From Actinomycetota bacterium (GTDB lineage: Bacteria; Actinomycetota; Acidimicrobiia; Acidimicrobiales; SZUA-35): a stretch of DNA of 64,000 nt. Shown here one piece after another: positions 9,383-18,020 of the stretch. Both the position numbers and the translations under genes were made by a program. Under the pieces are notes generated by a model, which saw only the letters and a list, made by a program, of their open reading frames with translations, was not told the DNA's origin and did not search any database. The stretch spans positions 178,621 through 242,620 of the forward strand of contig JBCCRO010000004.1 of assembly GCA_039201605.1 (NCBI GenBank). Direction: 5' to 3'. Positions within the stretch are counted from its first letter, which is position 1. Every line of letters begins with the position of its first letter.

Positions 9383-10720
9383 CTACCGCCCGGCCTCGGA
9401 CGCGGGGTGACCCGATCGAGCTTCCTCGGTCGCCTCGGCCGCGGCCGGGGCCCGAGCCGCCAACACGGTCACGGCGGCGGCGAACAGCACGCAGGCGCTG
9501 ACGGCGAAGGCGGCGTCGTAGCTCCCGGTCCGATCCTCGATCAGACCGACCAGCAGCGGGCCGAGGCCGCTGCCGACCTGGACCGCCAGCCCGATGACGC
9601 CGAACACCGTCGCCAGCGACACCATGCCGAACAGCTCGCCGACCAGCAGCGTCTGCATCATGTAGACGTTGCCGATGGTGAAGCCGACCACCATGACGAG
9701 GGCGTAGGTGACGGCGATACCGTCGATGGCCAACAGCCCGAGGATCGCCGCCCCCTGCAGGCCGAAGAGCCCGGCGGTGAGCACCCGTTTGTCGAGCCGG
9801 TCGGCCACCTGCCCGAGGGCGATACGGGCCACGATGCTGCCGAAGGCGGTGATGCTGAGGGCGAAGGCGGCTCGATTGGCCGAGCCGAAGCGTTCGGTGA
9901 GGAAGGCGATCTGGTGGAGGAGGAAGCCGGTCTGGGCCGCCAGCCCGAGCAGGAAGGCGGCGAGCACGGCCCAGAAGGCCACGGTGCGGGCGGCCTCGGT
10001 CCGGGTCCAGACCCGCTGCTGCACCTCGTCCGCCAGCGAGGCGTTGGCCACGCCGGGGTTGGCGGCGCCGCCGTCCACCTCCAGGTCGACCTGCGCCGGA
10101 TCCCACACCAGCACGGTGGCCACGATCGGCAGGGCGATCACGATGACCAGCACGCCCATCACCAACGCCGCCAGCGACACCCCGCCCCGACCGATCAGCC
10201 AGGTGCCGAGCGGCGCCAGCACGACGCCGCCGAGCGATACCCCGGTGGCGCTGATGCTGATGGCCTTGGCCCGTTTGGTGACGAACCAGCGGGCGATGAT
10301 GGCGTTGGTCGCCACCTGACCGGCCAGGCCGAAGGCCACCGCCTGCACGCTGTACACGAGGTAGAGCTGCCACAGCTCGTCGACCCGGGCCAGGGCCATG
10401 GCCGACAGGCCGACGAGCGTGATACCGATCGCCATCGGGCGGAGCGGGCCCCGTCGATCGACCAGCGGTCCGACGAGGAAGCCGGTAAGGCCGCTGAGGG
10501 AGAAGTAGAGCCCGGTGGCCCCCGACACCGCCGCATTGGACCAACCGTTCTCGTCCTGCAGGGGCGCCAGGAAGACGGCCAGGCCGTAGAAGCCAACGCC
10601 GACGGTGGCGAACATGACGACGGCGATGCCAAGGGCTATCCACCAGCCGTAGTGCCACACCTCGGGCAGCAGCCGAACGCCGAGGGGGCGGCGGGCGGCC
10701 GTTGTGGCGACGGGGGTCAA
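9383..10720 (-). CDS. MFS transporter
   Basis: About 12 hydrophobic segments and an MFS loop motif (GPLVDRRGPLRPM). Start assigned to TTG 10720, which forms a TTGA overlap with the stop of the upstream oxidoreductase gene. The track ORF extends to ATG 10762. Confidence 0.8.
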   Translation of the reverse strand: MTPVATTAARRPLGVRLLPEVWHYGWWIALGIAVVMFATVGVGFYGLAVFLAPLQDENGWSNAAVSGATGLYFSLSGLTGFLVGPLVDRRGPLRPMAIGITLVGLSAMALARVDELWQLYLVYSVQAVAFGLAGQVATNAIIARWFVTKRAKAISISATGVSLGGVVLAPLGTWLIGRGGVSLAALVMGVLVIVIALPIVATVLVWDPAQVDLEVDGGAANPGVANASLADEVQQRVWTRTEAARTVAFWAVLAAFLLGLAAQTGFLLHQIAFLTERFGSANRAAFALSITAFGSIVARIALGQVADRLDKRVLTAGLFGLQGAAILGLLAIDGIAVTYALVMVVGFTIGNVYMMQTLLVGELFGMVSLATVFGVIGLAVQVGSGLGPLLVGLIEDRTGSYDAAFAVSACVLFAAAVTVLAARAPAAAEATEEARSGHPASEAGR

Positions 10721-12993
10721 GCGGGGATCGGTTCGACCCGGGCCGGGACGTGCTTGTGCCACGGCGTACCGGCGATCGAGTCGCGCCAGTCGGCCGAGGT
10801 CAGTTCGTTGGGCGACACGCCGGCCGACTTCGCCTCGTTGTCCTCACCCGGGTAGTCGAGGCCCATCCCGTTGGGCAGGGTGATGTGGCGTCGCTGCAAG
10901 GTGTCGGTCGTCTCGATCAGGGCCTCGGCGGCGCCGCGCCTCGTGATCACCCGGACACGGGAGCCGGTGTCGATGCCGAGGTCGGCGGCGTCGAGTGGGT
11001 TCATGCGCAGTGCGCCGTCGGCGTCCTTCTTCCGCCACATCGGATCGCGGATGATGGTGTTGGCGGTGAAGCTGCGGCGCTCCCCGGCGGCGAGGACGAA
11101 CGGGTAGTCATCGCTGGTGTAGGTGGTGGGCATCGAGGGCAGCGCCGCCAGCTGGTCGAGGAGTTCAGGGATCTCCAGCTGGAGCTTCTGGTCCGGGGTG
11201 CGCATCATCGACCACGCCTGCTCGTACTCGTGGCGGGTGAAGACCACCCCGTCCTCCCCGGCGAGGATGGCGTCGAACAGGTTGTCGCCGAGCGAGGCGT
11301 CATCGCCCTCGATACCGGCGGCCCGGACGGCGTCGCCGTAGCGCAGCGCACACTGCTGGGCGCTGAACCAGAGGACGGCGGCCGAGGCCAGCCCTTCGGG
11401 GAGCGTCCGGCCCAGCGTCTCGTAGAGGATCACGGCGGCGACGCCGGCCAGGTCGGGCCGCTCCCCCGCCGCCCCGGCCAGGGCGGCGCCGAACGCCTCC
11501 CGGCTCTCGGCGGCGGCCGCCCGCAGCGGCGCCAGGTCGTCGTCGCTGTAGAGGCCGGCCTCCCGGATGAGGCGGGCGTGGATCTCGGCCTCGGGCAGGG
11601 AGTGGCCGAGCGGGGCGACCAGCGGGGGCCGCAGGTGGAAGGCGTTGTCGGGGAACTCGAGGTTGAAGAAGGTGGCCTCGGCCTTCTCGTACTGGCTGGC
11701 GGCGGGAAGGACGTAGTGGGCCTGGCGGGCGGTCTCGGTCATGGCGACGTCGATCACGACCGAGAACTCGAGCGCGGCCATCGCCTCCCGGAACGACGCC
11801 GAATCGGCCAGCGAATGCACCGGGTTGGCGCTCTCGATGAACATGGCCCGGATCCGGTCCGGGTGGTCGGTGAGCACGCTCTGGGCCAACTCGTTGCACT
11901 GGAGCAGGCCGGAGATGATCGGGCTGCCGGTGACCGGGTCGGCCGGCTCGGAGCCGGAGGCCCCGTAGCTGAACAGGGGGGCCATCGAGCTGTGGGTGTT
12001 CATGCCGCCGGGCTTGGCGAAGCTCCCCGTCAGGGCCCACAGCAGCTTCTGGAGGTAGGAGACCAGGGTGGAGTTGGGCGCCATCTCGGTGCCCAGGTCC
12101 TCCAGTACGGCGACGCTGTCGGCCGCACCGATGCGGCGTGCCACCGCCCGCAGCTCCTCCACGTCGACCCCGCATCGGCGGGCGTAGTCCTCGATCGGGA
12201 CCCGGGCCAGCGCAGCCATGACCGGCTCCGCCCCGACGGCGTTGTCGGCCAGCCAGGCGCCGTCGGTCAGCTGCTCGGTGACGAGGACGGCGGCCAACGC
12301 CGCAACGGCGAAGGCGTCGGTGCCGGGCACCACCTGGAGGAAGTGGTCGGCGAGATCCGCGGTCTCGGTGCGGCGGGGATCGATCACGACGAGGGCCCGG
12401 TCGGGATCGGACGCCATGGCCTTCAGCGTGCGGCGGGCCTCGGGGATGCCGTGACTGTGCCACGGGTTCTTGCCCAGGAAGATGCCGACCTCGGCGTGGT
12501 GGAAGTCCGGGCTGGTGTGGGTGCCGAACATGCGACCGTCGACCCAGGCCTCACCCGTCTTCTCCTGGGCCAGGGCGTTGGAGCGGCGGGTGATGCCGAA
12601 GGCCCGCCGGGTGGCCGAGCCGTAGGCCCCGACCAGATGGTTCCCCTGGCCTCCACCGCCGTAGTAGAGCGTTGCGTCGCCGCCGACCGCCCGGAGCCCG
12701 GCCACCACCTCGCGGATGGCGGTGTCCCAGTCGATCTCCTCGTAGCCGCCGTCGGGCCGACGGCGCAGCGGCGTCGTCAGCCGGTCACGGCCGTTCTGGT
12801 AGTGGTTGATGCGCAGCGCCTTCTCGCACGTGTAGCCCTTCGACATCACGTGTCCCTTGTTGCCTTTGACCCGGGTGATCTCACGGCCGTCGAGGCGCAC
12901 CTCGACACCGCAGTCGCAGGAGCAGAGCACACAGGCCGTCTTGTGCCACACCGTTGTCGGATCGGGGTCGGGGGCGGTGGAGGTGTCGGTCAT
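10717..12993 (-). CDS. molybdopterin-dependent oxidoreductase (MopB superfamily, N-terminal 4Fe-4S)
   Basis: 758 aa. The N-terminal cluster motif C-x2-C-x3-C...C (ACVLCSCDCGVEV...GYTCEKA) is followed by molybdopterin-binding and C-terminal dinucleotide-binding regions (VRVITRRG). Confidence 0.9.
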   Translation of the reverse strand: MTDTSTAPDPDPTTVWHKTACVLCSCDCGVEVRLDGREITRVKGNKGHVMSKGYTCEKALRINHYQNGRDRLTTPLRRRPDGGYEEIDWDTAIREVVAGLRAVGGDATLYYGGGGQGNHLVGAYGSATRRAFGITRRSNALAQEKTGEAWVDGRMFGTHTSPDFHHAEVGIFLGKNPWHSHGIPEARRTLKAMASDPDRALVVIDPRRTETADLADHFLQVVPGTDAFAVAALAAVLVTEQLTDGAWLADNAVGAEPVMAALARVPIEDYARRCGVDVEELRAVARRIGAADSVAVLEDLGTEMAPNSTLVSYLQKLLWALTGSFAKPGGMNTHSSMAPLFSYGASGSEPADPVTGSPIISGLLQCNELAQSVLTDHPDRIRAMFIESANPVHSLADSASFREAMAALEFSVVIDVAMTETARQAHYVLPAASQYEKAEATFFNLEFPDNAFHLRPPLVAPLGHSLPEAEIHARLIREAGLYSDDDLAPLRAAAAESREAFGAALAGAAGERPDLAGVAAVILYETLGRTLPEGLASAAVLWFSAQQCALRYGDAVRAAGIEGDDASLGDNLFDAILAGEDGVVFTRHEYEQAWSMMRTPDQKLQLEIPELLDQLAALPSMPTTYTSDDYPFVLAAGERRSFTANTIIRDPMWRKKDADGALRMNPLDAADLGIDTGSRVRVITRRGAAEALIETTDTLQRRHITLPNGMGLDYPGEDNEAKSAGVSPNELTSADWRDSIAGTPWHKHVPARVEPIPA

Positions 12994-13241
12994 CGTGTTG
13001 GTCCTTCGTCGGTCCGCTGGCGGGTCCGGTGGGCGTGGTCGGAGTGCTGCTCGCGAGGCTACGTGCCGCCGCAGATCACCACCAAAGGGAGCAGGCTCCC
13101 CGCACCCGGTCCGGCCGCCGGAGGCGTTTCGCAGTCGTTCGCAGGGGTGAACAAGTCCTGAAGGGGGTGGTCCGTTGGGCCTGGGTCGACAACCACGTCG
13201 GTTGGTGCCTGAGACGTCCCTTCACGGAGAGAGAGAACGAC

Positions 13242-14654
13242 ATGCGAATCCTTCCCGATGGCGCCCGGCTGGGCGCAGTGGCTGTGGCCCTGGCCTTGTT
13301 GGCCGCGGCGTGCGGAAGCGGCGAGGCCGATACGACGGCGGGAGCGCCGGCCGACGAGGTCGCCGCTCCCGCCCAGGACGACGCCGAGGCCACCGACGAC
13401 GCCATGGAAGACGACGAGGCGATGGAAGACGACGACGCCATGGAGGACGAGGAGGCGATGGAGGACGGTGGTCGGGTGCTGACCGTGACCATCGAGAACA
13501 TCGCCGAGTTCCCGGTGGCCGACTCCGGTGTGTTCAACACCCCGATCGACGGCACCGAGCCCGGGCCCGCCCTCCCCGGTTCGGGCTACTCGTTCGTGGT
13601 GGCCGCCGCCCCCGGCCAGCAGCTGTCGTTCGCCACGATGCTGGTGCAGTCCAACGACTGGTTCATCGCTCCCCTGCCCGAGGGCATCGCCCTCTACGAC
13701 GATGCCGGCAATCCGATCAGCGGCGACATCACCGACCAGCTGTACGTGTTCGACGCCGGAACCGAGATCGACCAGCCCTTCGGTGAGGGCGCCGATCAGG
13801 CCCCCCGTCAGGCCGGCCCCGACACCGGTGCCGACGACCCGGACAACGCCGTTCGGATCGTCGAGGACCGCGACGCCCGCGACTATGTCGGCGTGATCGT
13901 CGAGTCGCTCGGTGATGGCCTGTTCGAGGTCACCATCGGCAACGACTCGCAGATGGCCATCGTGCCCTCGCCCCTGGCCCCCGGCGTGTTCGCCGCCCAC
14001 ACCCCCGACGCCGCTCTGTTCGAGCTGGGCGCCCCCGACCTCGGCTACGGCTTGGAGGCCATCGCCGAGGACGGCGATGCCGCCGAGTTGGGCGAGTTCC
14101 TGGCCGGCATCACCGGCACCACCACCCCGCTGGCACCCGGCGCCTTCGCCGCCCACACCCCCGACGTCGCCCTCTACGAGCTGGGCGGTACCGACGCCGG
14201 CCTCGGGCTCGAGGCGTTGGCCGAGGACGGCGATCCGGCCGAGCTGGTGGAGGCTCTCGGCGGTCTCGATGCGGTGAGTCAGGGTGGGGCCTTCGCCATC
14301 CCCGACGGTGCCGACGAGCCGGGTCCGCTCCTCCCCGGTGGCTCCTACTCGTTCGAGGTCCACGTGCCCGAGGGTGAGGTCCTGTCGTTCGCCACGATGT
14401 TCGTGCAGTCCAACGACTGGATCTTCGCCACGCCGCCCGAGGGACTCGACCCGAGTCAGCTCGACGGTGACATCAGCGACCTGCTGCTGGTGATCGATCC
14501 CGGTACCGAGATCGATCAGACCCCGGGCGTCGGTGCCGATCAGGCTCCCCGTCAGGCCGGGCCCGACACCGGCGCCGACGACCCCGACACCGAGATCCGG
14601 CTCGTCGAGGGCCGCAGCGCCGAGCGCTATGTGCGGGTGACCGTGGAGGGCTGA
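13242..14654 (+). CDS. spondin-N-like domain lipoprotein
   Basis: ATG 13242 (GGAGAGAGAG upstream) gives MRILPDGARLGAVAVALALLAAACGSG, a signal peptide with an L-A-A-C lipobox. Two copies carry the spondin-type core (SFATMLVQSNDWFIAP / SFATMFVQSNDWIFAT, then DAGTEIDQ / DPGTEIDQ). The track ORF start at 12954 is a non-coding extension. Confidence 0.7.
   Translation: MRILPDGARLGAVAVALALLAAACGSGEADTTAGAPADEVAAPAQDDAEATDDAMEDDEAMEDDDAMEDEEAMEDGGRVLTVTIENIAEFPVADSGVFNTPIDGTEPGPALPGSGYSFVVAAAPGQQLSFATMLVQSNDWFIAPLPEGIALYDDAGNPISGDITDQLYVFDAGTEIDQPFGEGADQAPRQAGPDTGADDPDNAVRIVEDRDARDYVGVIVESLGDGLFEVTIGNDSQMAIVPSPLAPGVFAAHTPDAALFELGAPDLGYGLEAIAEDGDAAELGEFLAGITGTTTPLAPGAFAAHTPDVALYELGGTDAGLGLEALAEDGDPAELVEALGGLDAVSQGGAFAIPDGADEPGPLLPGGSYSFEVHVPEGEVLSFATMFVQSNDWIFATPPEGLDPSQLDGDISDLLLVIDPGTEIDQTPGVGADQAPRQAGPDTGADDPDTEIRLVEGRSAERYVRVTVEG
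13401..13472 (+). repeat. 4 x 18-bp in-frame tandem repeat encoding (AMEDxx)4
   Basis: GCC ATG GAA GAC GAC GAG / GCG ATG GAA GAC GAC GAC / GCC ATG GAG GAC GAG GAG / GCG ATG GAG GAC GGT GGT, read directly. It forms an acidic linker after the lipobox. Confidence 0.85.
13971..14282 (+). repeat. 2 x 156-bp tandem duplication inside the spondin-like gene
   Basis: PLAPGVFAAHTPDAALFELGAPDLGYGLEAIAEDGDAAELGEFL versus PLAPGAFAAHTPDVALYELGGTDAGLGLEALAEDGDPAELVEAL. The period is 52 codons. Confidence 0.75.
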
Positions 14655-14684
14655 TCCCCTCTCCCGGCCCGTGATCTCGGGCCA

Positions 14685-14720
14685 GGCGGTGGCGTCGACG
14701 GTGCGGTCGGCGCCACCGCC
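14685..14720. terminator. 10-bp perfect-stem hairpin in a convergent gap
   Basis: GGCGGTGGCG-(16 nt)-CGCCACCGCC between the stops at 14654 (+) and 14744 (-). A second 6-bp hairpin lies at 14666..14683. No U-tract. Confidence 0.35.
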
Positions 14721-14743
14721 GCGTCCGGGCCCGCCGGGGCGGG

Positions 14744-15532
14744 TCAGCCCTCGAGCTCGGGCAGCTTGACCGGAGCGGCGGAGGCCGAGACCAGAGCCAT
14801 GCCGCCGTCGACGGCGATGGTCTCACCGGTGATGTAGCGGGAGGCGTCGGAGGCGAGGAAGGTGACGACGTCGGCCACGTCCTCGGGCTGACCCCAGCGC
14901 TTGAGGGCGATCTCCTGCTCCAGCGACTCGGCCAGTCCCGGCACCTCGGCCCGACTTTTCTCCCAGATGGCGGTGATGATCAACCCGGGCGCGATCGAGT
15001 TCACCCGGATGCCGTCGGGGCCCCAGTCGGCGGCCAGGGCCCGGGTCATGGCGTCGACGGCGCCCTTGGTCCCGGCGTAGGCCACCCGCCCCAAGGGTCC
15101 CCGCAGCCCGGCGATCGACGAGACGTTGACCACCGAACCACCGCCCCGGGCCTTCATCGACGGGCCGAGGCCGACGGTGAGCATCGTCAGCGCCCGCACG
15201 TTGATGGCGAACACCTCGTCGACGTCGGCCTCGGTCAGCTGATCCGGTGTGCGGCGCATCGGGATGCCGGCGTTGTTGACCAGGATGTCGACGCCGCCCA
15301 CGGCATCGAGCACGGCGCGGGCCAGCGAGCCGCCGCCGTCGGCGCGGGCCAGATCGGCGGCGAGCACCACGGGGTCGTTGCCCAGCCCGGCCGCCACCCG
15401 TTCCAGGTCTCCGGTCGAGCGGCCGGTCAGCACCACCCGGGCGCCGACCCGGTCGAGGGCCCGAGCCGATGCCTCGCCGATACCGCGGCTGGCTCCGGTC
15501 ACCACGGCGATACGTCCAGTCAGGTCGAACAT
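14744..15532 (-). CDS. SDR-family oxidoreductase
   Basis: 262 aa from ATG 15532 (MFDLTGRIAVVTGASRGIGEA, NNAG, YAGTKGAV). The 769-aa track ORF is an upstream read-through antisense to the amidase gene. Confidence 0.9.
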   Translation of the reverse strand: MFDLTGRIAVVTGASRGIGEASARALDRVGARVVLTGRSTGDLERVAAGLGNDPVVLAADLARADGGGSLARAVLDAVGGVDILVNNAGIPMRRTPDQLTEADVDEVFAINVRALTMLTVGLGPSMKARGGGSVVNVSSIAGLRGPLGRVAYAGTKGAVDAMTRALAADWGPDGIRVNSIAPGLIITAIWEKSRAEVPGLAESLEQEIALKRWGQPEDVADVVTFLASDASRYITGETIAVDGGMALVSASAAPVKLPELEG

Positions 15533-15649
15533 GGGGTCCGAAGCTACCCGCCCCGCCCCGGAGGTGCCTCGTCGCCGGCCCCACTCGACGAGCCTCCGCC
15601 GCCGAACGGCGCCTGGGTCGGTGTCGGAGGGCCAGAGTAGGGTCCCGCC

Positions 15650-17107
15650 ATGGCCGCTGACCTGGACGCCCTCGACGCCCTCGACGCCACCGCCCACGCC
15701 CGGCTCATCGCCGATGGTGAGCTCTCGGCCCGGGAGGCGGTGCAGGCCGCCGTCGAGCGCATCGAGGCGCGCAACCCCACGCTCAACGCCGTGATCTGGT
15801 CCGACCCGGAGGCGGCACTGGACGCCGCCGCCCGGTTCGACGCCGCCCGCAGGGCCGACGGCGATGATGGCCCGGGGGCGCCCTTCGCCGGGGTGCCGTT
15901 CCTGCTGAAGGACATCGGGGCCGATCAGGCCGGGCTCCCCCACTGGTCGGGCAACGGCGCCCTGCGGGACGCCGGCCACCGGTCCTCGGCCGACACCGAG
16001 CTCGGCCGTCGGTTCCGCGCCGCCGGACTGGTGACGATCGGCAAGACGAACCTGCCCGAGCTGGCCAGCGTGCCGGTCACCCAGCCTCACGCTTTCGGCC
16101 CTACCCGTAACCCGTGGGACCTCGACCGCTCGCCGTCGGGATCGAGCGGTGGGGCGGCCGCCGCGGTCGCCGCCGGGCTCGTGCCCATCGCCCACGCCAA
16201 CGATGGTGGCGGCTCCACCCGCCTCCCGGCCGCCTGGTGCGGCCTGGTCGGTCTGAAGCCGACTCGGGGTCGGGTACCGGTGCCGGAGATGATCTCCCGC
16301 TCGGTGGCCGAACTCGTCGTCACCCGCACCGTGCGGGACACCGCCCGCCTGCTCGACGCCGTTCACGGTGCCACCACCGCCGACCTGTACCGGGCGCCCG
16401 AGGGACCGGCCGACGGCTACGACCTGGGATCGACGAGGGTACCGCCGCTGCGGATCGGGTTGCTGACCACCGCCGGCCGCTACGAGGTCGACCCGTCCTG
16501 CCGGGATGCGGCCGAGGCGACCGCCGCCGTGCTCGAAGCTGCGGGCCATACCGTCGTCCCGCTGGGCGACGAGGTGCTGCTGGGCGAGCGGAGCGAGGTG
16601 AACGGTCGGCTGTGGATGTCGGCCCTGGCCCGCGAGGTCGACCGCCTCGGCGAGCTGGTCGGTCGCCCCCTGACGGCCGACGAGGTGGAGCCCTACAACT
16701 GGACGGCGGCCGAGCGCGGTCGCGCCCTGTCCGCCGTCGAGTTGGTGGCGGCCCAGGAGGCCCAGCAGGCCTGGGTGGCGGCGGTCGACGCCTGGATGGG
16801 CCAGGTCGAGGTGTTGGTGACCCCGACCTGTCCGACCCCGGCCCAGCGCACGGCCGATCTCGAACCCCCGGTCGACGAGCCGTGGCGGATCGGTCGGGCC
16901 TACGGCCGCATCGGCGTGTTCACCATGCCGTTCAACGTCACCGGCCACCCGGCGATCTCGCTTCCCGTCGCCCACGATGACGGGCTCCCGGTCGGGGTGC
17001 AGCTGGTGGCGGCCATGGGACGCGAGGACACGCTCCTGGCCCTGGCCCGACATCTGGAGGACGCCGTGCCGTGGCGCGACCGGCGTCCCGACCTCAGCTA
17101 CCGGTGA
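15650..17107 (+). CDS. amidase (amidase-signature family)
   Basis: 485 aa with the AS signature [36 protein letters not shown]. Confidence 0.9.
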   Translation: MAADLDALDALDATAHARLIADGELSAREAVQAAVERIEARNPTLNAVIWSDPEAALDAAARFDAARRADGDDGPGAPFAGVPFLLKDIGADQAGLPHWSGNGALRDAGHRSSADTELGRRFRAAGLVTIGKTNLPELASVPVTQPHAFGPTRNPWDLDRSPSGSSGGAAAAVAAGLVPIAHANDGGGSTRLPAAWCGLVGLKPTRGRVPVPEMISRSVAELVVTRTVRDTARLLDAVHGATTADLYRAPEGPADGYDLGSTRVPPLRIGLLTTAGRYEVDPSCRDAAEATAAVLEAAGHTVVPLGDEVLLGERSEVNGRLWMSALAREVDRLGELVGRPLTADEVEPYNWTAAERGRALSAVELVAAQEAQQAWVAAVDAWMGQVEVLVTPTCPTPAQRTADLEPPVDEPWRIGRAYGRIGVFTMPFNVTGHPAISLPVAHDDGLPVGVQLVAAMGREDTLLALARHLEDAVPWRDRRPDLSYR

Positions 17108-17885
17108 AGTCGGGCGGTCGCTTCTCCACGAAGGCGGCGATGCCCTCCTGGCCGTCGTGGGTGGCCATCGAGGCGGCGATCGTTGTCCCCTCGAACTCGC
17201 CCGCCTTCTCCAACGGCGACTCCATGCCCTCGTAGATCACCCGCTTGGCGTGGCCCAGGGCCCACGACGGCCCGTCGGCCAACCGCTGGGTCAACTCGGC
17301 GCAGGCGTCGTCCACCTCGTCGTCGGGGACGACCCGGTTGATCAGGCCCCACGACTCGGCCTCCTCGGCCGAGAGGACCCGGTTGGTGAGGGTGAGATCG
17401 AGCATGCGACGCAGCCCGATGTGGCGGGCCACGAAGTACGACGACGTGCCGTCGGGGGTCACCCCGGCCCGGGTGTAGGCCATGGTGAACTTGGCCGATT
17501 CGCCCGCCACCACCAGATCGAAGGCGCTGACGATCGAGAGACCGGCGCCGCCGGCGGCACCCTTGACCCCGGCCACGTAGGGCTTGGGGGTGCGGTTCAT
17601 CTTGTAGATGGCGGCGTGGAAGTCGGTCAGCATGTCGGTGGCGAGCTTGGGCAGACCGTCACCGGCCTCGTGGAACAGCTTCAGATCACCGCCGGCACAG
17701 AACACCTTGCCCTCGGCGGTAACCGACACGGCCTTGACGGTGTCGTCGAACTCGATCTCGAGCGTGACCGCCCGCAGCTCGGCCGAGAACGTCGGGTTGA
17801 CCGCGTTGGCACCCTCGGGACGGGCGAAGCGGACGTGGGCCACCCCGTCCCGCACCTCGTACCCGATCGTCGTCAGTTCCATCAT
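17094..17885 (-). CDS. enoyl-CoA hydratase/isomerase (crotonase) family protein
   Basis: 263 aa from ATG 17885 with GGAGGAGC just upstream. Crotonase motifs are present: FCAGGDLK and GAAGGAGLSIVSAFDLVVA. Confidence 0.9.
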   Translation of the reverse strand: MMELTTIGYEVRDGVAHVRFARPEGANAVNPTFSAELRAVTLEIEFDDTVKAVSVTAEGKVFCAGGDLKLFHEAGDGLPKLATDMLTDFHAAIYKMNRTPKPYVAGVKGAAGGAGLSIVSAFDLVVAGESAKFTMAYTRAGVTPDGTSSYFVARHIGLRRMLDLTLTNRVLSAEEAESWGLINRVVPDDEVDDACAELTQRLADGPSWALGHAKRVIYEGMESPLEKAGEFEGTTIAASMATHDGQEGIAAFVEKRPPDFTGS

Positions 17886-18020
17886 TGCTCCTCCAAACTG
17901 TCCACGTTCCGTCTTCCTACCAGCCGAGCCAAGTCCGTCAGCGCCAGGCGGCCCGCACGACCCACGCCAGGCGGGTTGCCGGAAGTCCGGCAACCCGAGG
18001 ATCGGGGGCGAAGCCACCGA

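Noticed and set aside
12994-13241. Possible Moco riboswitch upstream of the molybdoenzyme gene
   Set aside because: Only a short GCCTCCGG resemblance was seen, and I could not reconstruct the conserved multi-stem architecture by eye. It stays as a low-priority check inside a finding, not as a feature.
14744-17053. Very long track ORFs that look like fusion proteins (769 aa here; also 53817-56810 at 997 aa, 19652-22321 at 889 aa, 39291-45986 at 2,231 aa, and 51445-52977)
   Set aside because: Only the 3' portions carry domain motifs and G/C3 codon bias. The 5' portions run antisense through neighbouring genes or through intergenic DNA. Internal starts with RBS-like sequences were used instead.
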